Shown in pieces: positions 54,235 to 64,000 of a stretch of 64,000 nt of DNA (the first letter of the stretch is position 1; every line of letters starts with the position of its first letter). A program made the position numbers and the translations under genes. Where the stretch lies: contig OX597815.1 of assembly GCA_951406725.2 (NCBI GenBank), forward strand, positions 69,998,001-70,062,000, written 5' to 3'. The notes under the pieces were generated by a model. It saw nothing but the letters and a program-made list of their open reading frames with translations. It searched no databases and was not told the DNA's origin. The DNA is from Octopus vulgaris (Eukaryota).

Positions 54235-54513
54235 AGGTGGTGGGGTGGGGTGGCGTCGGTTGCTGTGGTTGTTCATAACAGTGCAACTGCTGGCGTTGTG
54301 GTGGTGATGATGGGAGGTTTTGTTATTTTTGTTTTATTCTTAACGTTTGTGTTTGTGGTAGAGGTTTTGATGGTGATTGTGGTGGTGATGGTGGTGGTGG
54401 TGGTGTTGGTGGTGGTGGTGGTGGTGGTGGAGGTAATAGATAAATAAAGAAAAACAAACAAGGAAGTATTCGGAGGAAACTGCCGATCGTAATCTGACAC
54501 AACCTTCGTGCTG

Positions 54514-55181
<668 letters not shown>

Positions 55182-55227
55182 TAGACTTTTACCAAAAGAT
55201 TGGCATATATGTATTATTTTATTCCAT

Positions 55228-55620
55228 TATTCTTTTACTTGTTTCAGTCATTTTTTACTGTGTACATGCTGGAGCACCACCTATTTAGTCGAAGAAATCG
55301 ACCCCCGAAATTATTCTTTGTAGGCTTGGTACTTATTCTATCGGTCTCTTTTATCGAACTGCTAGTATACGGGGACCTAAACATACCAACATCGGTTGTC
55401 AAGCGATAGTGGGAGGATAAACACAGATGCAGACACACAAATATATACATATATATAAACGACGGGCTTCTTTCAGATTCCGTCTACCAAATCCACTCAC
55501 AAGGTTTTGGTCGGCCCGAGGATATAGAAGACACTTTCCCAAGGTGTCACGCAGTAGGACTGAACCTGGAACTATGTGGTTGGAAAGCAAACTTCTTTTC
55601 ACACACCCACACCGGCGCCT
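55228..55620 (-). mobile_element. SINE family A copy
   Basis: Reverse complement of the 60424-60810 sequence. Confidence 0.8.
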
Positions 55621-55646
55621 ATATATATATATATATATATATATAT

Positions 55647-55868
55647 AGGAAGAATTCACAAAAACAAACAGAAGACGAAGACAGGTGGTGCAGAAAACAA
55701 ACAGAAGACGAAGACTGGTGGTGCAGAAAACAAACAGATGTATTAGTATAACGCTCGGGAATTGAAAAAGTTTTTAACGTTTCGAGCCTACGCTCTTCAA
55801 CAGAAAGGAATACAGAAAGAAACAAGGAGAGAAAAAATGTGCGTAGTGGCTAGCGATCTATCATGGCG
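55647..55868 (-). mobile_element. PLE-like terminal-repeat unit with hammerhead motif and a 33-bp internal tandem duplication
   Basis: Homologous to 21938-22147; AAAACAAACAGAAGACGAAGAC(A/T)GGTGGTGCAG repeated at 55661-55726. Confidence 0.55.
55771..55810 (-). ncRNA. Second copy of the CUGUUGA hammerhead-like motif
   Basis: CTTT-CTGTTGA-A-GAGC GTAG GCTC-GAA-ACGT-T-AAAA; core identical to 22037-22074, weaker stem I. Confidence 0.55.
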
Positions 55869-55982
55869 ACACACACACACACACACATACATATAATAAC
55901 TGAAACAAATAAAAGAATAAAATAAATAAAAGTGTGTGTGTGTGTGTGCGTGCATGTATTATATATATTATATATATATATG

Positions 55983-56016
<34 letters not shown>

Positions 56017-56022
56017 TGTATG

Positions 56023-56056
<34 letters not shown>

Positions 56057-56258
56057 TGTATGTGTGTATCATGCTGAACAATTTTAGTCGAACGACTCGT
56101 CACCAGTATTTTTTTTAAAAACCTGGTACTTGTTCAATCGGCCTCTTTTACTGAACTGCTAGATTACGGGGACGTGAACGCACCAATACCGGTTGTTAGA
56201 CGGTGATGGGACACAAAAGCACAAAGACACATACATGTATGTATGTGTATGTAATATA

Positions 56259-57015
56259 CTAGCTGAATAGCCCGTCGTTGCCCGGGCAAATCTTACAATA
56301 GAATGTCTTACATAATTTTTTGTTTATTCCATGTCAGACCATGCTTTCCCCGACAGATAGGCCTCTTGATCAGGACAGATTTGTGCAATTTATAGCAAAA
56401 AAACTTCGTTGAGGATTTTTTTTTTTACCTTTTTAAATTATTTACATGTCTGTTCGACCGCTTCTTATGAGTTTATTCATTAAAACTTATTAAAACTTCA
56501 GAAGTTCTTACAACTTTGGTCGTCATAATGCTTTGCTTTCGTTTGTTTAATAAAAATTCCTTCTCGTAATGATTTTGCTTTCATTTTGTGATAGACAGCT
56601 ATCATGCAAAAAATACCAACTTCTAAATACTGTTTTCTGATTAGGTAAAATTTATTAAACTTTAAACCTCAGTAACATTTTTCTGCAATTTTTCAGGAAC
56701 AAATAAATAATTATTTCAATATATCAAATTTGAAAATTTTGACATAATTTTAAAATTTCACAATATGTGACAGCAACAGGAAAGACCTTGCAAAAGTAGA
56801 GTTGCAGACATCTATGTAAGTGACTACGTAAGTGGTAACAACGAAACTTGTTTGTGAATAATCTGTATATTTTGTATCTTTCATTTGTCTTGCTCGCTTA
56901 CGTCCTGGCGTTTGCTAAATTTTCTTGAGAACATTCCTTTCTTAGTGGTAAGATCGTAGGGATCGACTTCTAGCATAATGGATGGCCACTTAATGGTCAT
57001 CCCTCTTATATATAT
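56259..57015 (-). mobile_element. Non-autonomous Helitron
   Basis: Minus-strand 3' end GCCCG-GGCAACGA-CGGGC hairpin, 7 nt, then CTAG|T. 5' end lies in a (TA)n tract followed by the palindrome GGATGACCA-TTAAG-TGGCCATCC. Confidence 0.7.
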
Positions 57016-57018
57016 GTA

Positions 57019-57058
<40 letters not shown>

Positions 57059-57087
57059 CAAAAATAAGCAACAAGAATGAATCCGGT

Positions 57088-57178
57088 AATTTAGTAAAAT
57101 TGTTTCATACTACAACATTTTATTAAAAGCAGTAAATATTACAGCAGATTTAATATGCCGAGTAATCTTCAGCTAATT
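57088..57178 (-). ncRNA. Hammerhead-like motif with long stem II
   Basis: AATTAG-CTGAAGA-[TTACTCGGCATATTAAA...TTTAATAAAATGTTGTAGTAT]-GAA-ACAATTTT-A-CTAAATT; stem III is one substitution from the palindrome ACAATTGT. Confidence 0.5.
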
Positions 57179-57405
57179 TTATATAGGTTTTCCAATAATA
57201 TAAAGTTCTCAGATCAATTAATAACATCTTAGGGAAGGTAAATATACAGATAAAGATGTAGATATGAATCTCAGGAACATGAGGTAGTGTAGTTAGGATA
57301 CCAACCTGACCAAAACTTTGTTCACAACTGACTGTTGTAAGAAAATTTCCTTAGTTATAAGAATGAATCTAAATTGTTTGCTGAACTTATATATACATAC
57401 ATACA

Positions 57406-57512
<107 letters not shown>

Positions 57513-57730
57513 CGTAAAAGAATAGGGATTTAGAATTTAGGCGAGGACTTGAAATAAGGTACTTTATTATCACTGATATAATTCAGATCTGGCTAACGAT
57601 ATCGAATAAGGAACATACAAAACTGTATTTGATAAACAATTGCACTGTACTTCACTCAATAGGTAAATCCTGAGTTTGCTTGAATGGACTTCATGTACCA
57701 TACAGAAATCAAGACATCATAAAAGAAGAA

Positions 57731-60364
57731 TTTTTGTTATTACAGTATTATTCTCGTTAAATTTATTTTAGATTCCAACCCGACACGTGTTTCTGCTGCA
57801 TAAGTGTCCTAATGTCCTTTGATGTAGTATTTATGTGCATTTAGTTTGTTTAATTGCGATACGTATTCATAAAGCGAAGACATTCCTATGCAATTTTGTT
57901 CAAGGTTTTCCCCATGCGAGTAGGTGAAGCGAACTGAAGATTCCAGTCTTAGATAGTCCTTCTGAAAGTATATTCCGAATGAGGGATCGTAAAATATTAC
58001 GGTACGTGACAGTAGAGATTGCTTTGAAATGCGATATGACATAGTTCTGGTATCATTTAAACTTAGAGTGACCTCTTTAGAGTTTAAGGGAATATATTAT
58101 TTCATATACTTAACAGTAGAAAAAAAAACCTTAATGAGGTCAGTATGCATTCACCTCACTGACCACTCATTATGAAGATAGAATGGTACTATATAAGATA
58201 AATATATAGAATCGAAAGGGTTAATTTAAAAAATAAAGAGGAATGTGGTTTATTGTGAGATTGTTAAAAGTCTAACTTGAGTAAATCTATGATTATTTGG
58301 CTCGGTTAACTTATATGCATTTCTATCTACATGATATCCTATAGAAAATCCTTATTTTGAAAGTACTGATATGCTTTGAATGTGTACTTTTCAGGGCTAA
58401 TTCATTTTACGTGATTTGATAACCTATAAGTAGAGGTAAAAATATAGAACATTTCTTCTGGTGGAAAGTGCCTATCTAATGCAGCGAAAGATTTTGCAGG
58501 TATGTTTGTGGGTATCTGTGTTTCGAAGATTGCATTATACCATAATATATGCCTAGATCTAGCTTTTCTTTTAGGGAAGTGGTTATTGTTTTTGTTAACA
58601 ACCTCATTTTTATGTCTATTCTACTGTCTTCTTAAAAGATCTATTGTTACGTTTATCATGGGGTTTACTTAAAAGTATATCGTTATCCATTATGTGACTG
58701 TTCTTATTGTGATTTTTGGCATAGTGACTAGAAACTTCATTATCCTTGTCCTTGGTCCTTGTTTTACTTTCACAATTTGTATTACCAATACCTATTTAAT
58801 TTATAGCATAAGCCATATCTAGATGTTCTTTGATTTCATTTTTAGAGATATAGAATATTTTATCTTTATTTCCAGTTTCAGCCAGGGCATTATTATAATA
58901 CTTTCCATTATTCTTGAAATTTTCTTGGTTAGCAGATAGTCTAGATATATGAAGAGAAATATTTTTAACGATAGAACCAGTATTATTTTTTGGGTGATTT
59001 GAATTTTTACTTACGTATTTAAGATTATCGTTGAGTTTGTGATACGGTTGGTGTGCTCCTGTACCCAAATTGAAATTAACATCTAGAAAATTCACCTCAT
59101 TATGTCTTTTTTTTTTTTCAAAGGAAATTGACAAACCTTTGAAGAATTTAAAGATCTTTTTTTCTGGATCTTTCTATATTTACGTTACTAGATATATACA
59201 TAGACCCAAAATGGAAGACGGACAAGCAAAACATTTGGAGTTATTCGAGGATATTTACTTCAAGATAAAGTACAAATAAAATATAAAGGAAAAAAGCAGA
59301 GTCTCTTACAGGGGTTTCTGGAATACCTGAGCGAATGGATCATGTTAATGCGTAACGAATTCACGTCATCAAAGTATCTCATCATTAGAGAGATCGAGTT
59401 AAAGCGGTGCAGAAAGACAGATTCTCAATTAAGGATATTAGTAGTTATCAGTTAGAATGAGAGGTAACTAATTTTATGTAATTCCATGATTAAAGAATTA
59501 CAGGATTGAAGAAGTTAATGAAGTCTTATAAGTCCGTTGATAGACTTGTATATGAGTTCAGCAGGTAAAAAAGTTAAGAATGATCGATAGTAGAAGTACA
59601 TACGTTAATACATCCATTCTTAGAATCGAAAAAAGATTGGGTTCAAAAATATATTTCGATGTAAGGTAAAGACCGAAAAGAACCCATGCCGAGTTAAGAA
59701 AAAATATAAATTTATATAAAGTAAAGAAAGCGTCGTCCCTATATAATCCAGCCCCACCCACCCACCATTTCCGGAAATTCTCAATTAATACATTTTAAAA
59801 TATAAATTCCCACTAAATCCGTTATCTGATTGGAATCGCTGGAGTTCATGGTAATGTCCAGCTGATCAAATTTATATTTCTTTACCCAGTATTTTCTTTC
59901 AAATTTAACTGTGCATTTTCTAACAGCTAATAAAGCATCTACTTCTTTAGATAAGCTTGAATTTCTCATTGCGAATATTAACACTTATTAAGTAAATTGG
60001 GTTAATTAATGCGTAGTAATAAGATATGTTGGATCTTTACCTTTTGACCTACAGATTAAAAAAAAAAAATTTTGTAACTAAACACTTTCAAACTTCGGAC
60101 ACTGGTAGAATGTGTCATATAAAACATCTTTTACTCTTAGCATTTTTGAGAAAAACTTATATTTACGAAGTTATTTCACGTTAAAGTTGTCCTATTTCGG
60201 TAATTTCAACCAATCAATGACGTGTATTCAGCCGAATAAAATTACTGCTGTTGTTTGTCAACAAGAACTTCCGGCGGTGAACATTAATACAGTTATGCAG
60301 CAGAAACACGTGTCGGATTGGAATCTAAAATAAATTTAATGAGACTAATACTGTAATAAAAAAA
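57731..60364 (-). mobile_element. Penelope-like retroelement remnant (RT fragments, inverted terminal repeat)
   Basis: DITMNSSDSNQITDLVGIYIL (59781-59984), GLYRDD (~59735), VNFLDVNFNL..YHK....YVSKNSNHP (58796-59134). ~72-bp inverted repeat 57731-57803 vs 60293-60364. No GIY-YIG domain recognised. Confidence 0.75.
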
Positions 60365-60392
60365 CGAAAATGTACACTTCTCCATTCTTCAT

Positions 60393-60423
<31 letters not shown>

Positions 60424-60426
<3 letters not shown>

Positions 60427-60810
60427 CGCAGGAGTGGCTGTGTGGTAAGTAGCTTGTTTACCAACCGCATGGTTCCGGGTTCAGTCCCACTGCGTGGCAC
60501 CTTGGGCAAGTGTCTTCTACTATAGCCTCGGGCTGACCAAAGCCTTGTGACGGAAACTGGAAGAAGCCCGTCGTATATATGTATATATATATATATATGC
60601 GTGTGTGTGTTTGTGTGTCTGTGTTTGTCCCCCTAGCATTGCTTGACAACCGATGCTGGTGTGTTTACGTTCCCGTTACTTAGCGGTTCGGCAAAAGAGA
60701 CCGATAGAATAAGTACTGGGCTTACAAAGAATAAGTCCCGAGGTCGAGTTGCTCGATTAAAGGCGGTGCTCCAGCATGGCCGCAGTCAAATGACTGAAAC
60801 AAGTAAAAGA
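60424..60810 (+). mobile_element. tRNA-derived SINE family A, near-intact copy
   Basis: Head TGGCTGTGTGGT...GGTTCAGTCC (A/B-box-like), central (TA/TG)n, tail ..CAGCATGGCCGCAGTCAAATGACTGAAACAAGTAAAAGA. Many copies, e.g. 2512-2880(-), 6840-7232(-), 11362-11745(+), 16925-17240(-), 28352-28706(+). Confidence 0.85.
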
Positions 60811-60821
60811 AAAAAAAAGAA

Positions 60822-60857
<36 letters not shown>

Positions 60858-61059
60858 ATTATAAATTTTCTTTAGAAAAGCATAGAAAGCATGGAAGTAC
60901 TCGAGTCGAACCCGAGACGATAGACAAGTACAAGAGACACAGGGAAGAGGCTCAACTCAGGCAGACTATGATTGGTGTATACATATAGGGATTTAATATG
61001 ACAGAGATGTCTAAAACATATTAATACATTCAGAATATAAAGATATAAAAATATAAAAA

Positions 61060-61482
61060 TATATCTCTTATGATAAAAGGCAGATTTTCTCTGCCTGTTT
61101 CCATGTTTCTTTTTAATACAATTCTACAATATAGAATTTCTTCAATTGGAATTTACCTATGATTTTTCCAAGTAGATTCGATTGGGTCATGGCATGTAAA
61201 ATTTTTAATTTGACCCCCAATTAAGCAAAAATTCGAGAAAACTCAATATTTTACGATTTCCTCTCTCATTTCAAGTGGTTTACTCTGCTATTACCACCAC
61301 ACTTTCTCCTACTTTCTCTTTGCAAGTGTGAAACTATTAAAGTGAAAGTATTATATAACAGGGATGAGCCATCAATAGTGGTCATCCTTTTTGCTAGAGG
61401 AAGATCCGCTATGGTCTTATATGCTACACCACTGGTTTTCAATTCATATTAATCAAATTAATATTCAATTTTTCACCCTTAT

Positions 61483-61517
<35 letters not shown>

Positions 61518-64000
61518 TAGCAATTCGTATAAAATTGCATCAATGACTTGAACTTGAATAAGTGGTTTCACATAAATGGGGATAAATTAAAAAGGTTTGT
61601 TGTTATTATTACTGTTTGACTATTGCAATCACGTTTGTTGGTTCCTCGTCAGGGAAACGTTGTTGTGTTGCATTTGTTAAATAATTGTAAACCGTAACCC
61701 TCCCCCTTTCGGAGAAGGTGCTTTGGTTATTGTTTAAAAATTGAATTGTGTCCCTGTTTGGGGAAATTGACAATATTTTCACCTTCTTTACGGAAGCATT
61801 TTTGTTAAAATGCCTTCGATAGAAGAAAGTCCAAAAATGAATTTCGCTGCAGCCGTACACTTCTATACATGAGGGAGGACAAGATCCAATTGATCGAAAT
61901 TGCAAGAGACAGGCCTACAATTCCAGTCTGTTATATATTTTTGAGTATTGTTATCACTAGCGATATCAAGATATAACTTTGTATTTTGTATTTTATGTGT
62001 AGATGTATATATATAGATGTACATGTAATATGTACACATATATATACACATATATACATGCATAATATATCTACACATACGCACACACACACACACACAT
62101 ACATAGGGGCAGGTGTGGCTGTGTGATAACAAACTACGTTCCAAACACATGGTCCTGGGTTCAGTCCCACTGTGTGGTGACTTGGCATGTGTCTTCTGCT
62201 GTAGCTTCAGATCAACAAAAGCCTTCTCAGTGGATTTTGTACATATATACAGGCATACATACATACATATATATACGTGCATACGTACATATTCGGCATA
62301 AACACTCTACCACTACAACTAATAACTGTTGGGAACACTTTCAAACTTGCCTTACATTCGAACCGGAATCTCAAAAACATTGTCCCCTTCAGCGCCAAGC
62401 TCAACTGCTCTATCCTGACATGGAGGGATATCAGCAATGATATCTATAACAAAACACTCATTGACATTGAAGACAGAATTGCTAAACTGGGTGGAAATGT
62501 ATTGTCGACGTATGGCCTGCCACAAGCATTCAGGTAAGGGTGAAATAGCCTTCCTACTGCTGTCATTCGTGAAACAACCTACGACACTCAAGCGCTTTCA
62601 AAGTACATTGTTGAAAATGAGCCTAAATTACTTCCGGACCAGCTGCAGGCCTACAGAACTATTCTTAACAGTGTACGCCAACGCGAGGGACGAATCTTCT
62701 TCCTCGATGCTCCTGGAGGGACAGGAAAAACATTTATTACAAAGCTTCTCCTTGCAGAAGTTAGGTAGCATCAGGACATTGCAGTAGCTGTAGCCTCCTC
62801 TGGCATTGCAGCTACTTTGTTACCCGGAGGCAGGACAGCACACTCAACTTTTAAACTCCCTCTCAATTTAGCAGCATCCGAAATGCCTTCATGAAACATC
62901 AACAAAAGCTCAGATCAGGGACAAGTACTTAAAATGTGTTATGTAATTGTCTGGGATGAGTGCACTATGGCTCACAAGGGAGCTTTGGAAGCATTAGATA
63001 GAGCCCTGAAAGACATCCGAGACTGTCAGGCTCCAATGGGAGGTGTAACGCTTCTGTTGTCAGGTGATTTCAGGCAAACTCTTCCTGTCCTTCCGAAAGG
63101 CACTAGAGCTGATGAAGTTCAAGCATGCCTAAAGTCCTCTACCCTGTGGCATCATGTTACAATCTTTAGTCTCACCACTAACATGAGAGCTCAGCTACAC
63201 GGCAACAAAATGTCCACAAAGTTTGCACAGGACATTTTGACACTTGGTGAAGGCAAGATGCCTCTCGATGGTGCAGGACAAATGGAAGTGTGGTCATTTT
63301 CCTCTGTTGTTAATTCTATAGATGACCTCAAAAACAAAGTCTTTCCCAACTTCACACAAAACTACCAAAATCACAATTGGCAGTGTGAAAGAGCAATATT
63401 AGCTCCAAAAAACGTCACTGTTAACAAAATTAATCAACAGCTAATGCATTCTCTTCCCGGCACTATACACACTTACAAGTCTGTTGATACAATTCCAGAT
63501 ATAAATGAAGTTGTGAACTGTCCTCCTGAATTTCTCAATTCACTGGAGCCTCCTCGACTACCTCCACACATATTACACTTAAGTAACCTCCACACATATC
63601 TGGAACCACCAAGACTTTGCAATGGAACACGACTGGTGATAAAGAAAATGATATCACAGGTTATCGAGGCGATCATTCTTTTTGGATGTGGAAAAGGTGA
63701 TGACGTCTTTATTCCAAGATTTTCTCTTACTCCATCAGGAGCAGAAATTCCATTTACATTCAGAAGACTGCAATTCCCCTTCGTGTCAGCTTTGCCATGT
63801 CCATTAACAAATCTCAGGGTCAAACCCTCTCTGTAGCTGGTCTTCTCTTTGAAGAGCCCTGCTTCTCGCAAAGGCAACTGTATGTTGGCTGCTCAAGAGT
63901 AGGAACCAAAAGAAACCTTTTTGTATATGCTCCACAAGGGAAAACAAGGAACATTGTTTACAACGAGGTGTTATAATCTCAACAACCAGGAGGTATATAC
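61060..64000 (+). mobile_element. Degenerate Helitron (5' region, helicase remnant), interrupted by a SINE at ~62105-62250
   Basis: Segment 61350-61430 resembles the 5' region of the non-autonomous Helitron at 56259-57015; helicase lies downstream. Left boundary uncertain. Confidence 0.55.
62430..63976 (+). pseudogene. Helitron RepHel Pif1-family (SF1B) helicase domain, disabled
   Basis: Walker A FFLDAPGGTGKT, ASSGIAATLLPGGRTAHS, Walker B IVWDECTM, GDFRQTLPV, LTTNMR, RAILAPKN, LCNGTRL, then after a frameshift FAMSINKSQGQT and QLYVGCSRV. Stops at 62766-68 and 62892-94; frameshift near 63781. Confidence 0.9.

Noticed and set aside
57922-57980. Plus-strand hammerhead (CTGAAGA...GAAAGTATATTC)
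   Set aside because: Stems I and II do not pair.
62934-63836. Functional host PIF1 gene
   Set aside because: Intronless, Helitron-type motifs, two in-frame stops upstream, a lost internal motif and a frameshift.

Overview
AT-rich, repeat-dense animal genomic DNA. The SINE families, microsatellite load and MAU2 protein suggest an octopod cephalopod (inference). The only host gene is the 5' part of MAU2 (cohesin loader subunit SCC4) on the minus strand: exon 1 (42684-42454), an 18-nt microexon (42309-42292) and exon 3 (1572-1507). The microexon and exon 3 are separated by a 40.7-kb GT-AG U12-type (minor spliceosome) intron with donor GTATCCTTT and branch site TCCTTAAC. The rest is transposon-derived: tRNA-derived SINEs, RTE, CR1/Jockey-like and L1/Tx1 LINE remnants, Tigger and mariner remnants, several MITEs, Helitron pieces including a Pif1-type helicase pseudogene, and Penelope-like element (PLE) remnants. 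Most notable hidden signals: several minimal type-I hammerhead-ribozyme motifs with palindromic stem III (two sense to the MAU2 pre-mRNA, one inside a perfect 55-bp hairpin), a 92-bp MITE carrying telomeric repeats, a 2x23-aa STPR-repeat fragment, three perfect CRE sites within ~670 bp, and a CpG-decay boundary near 36 kb consistent with gene-body methylation. All calls were made by eye; repeat boundaries are approximate.
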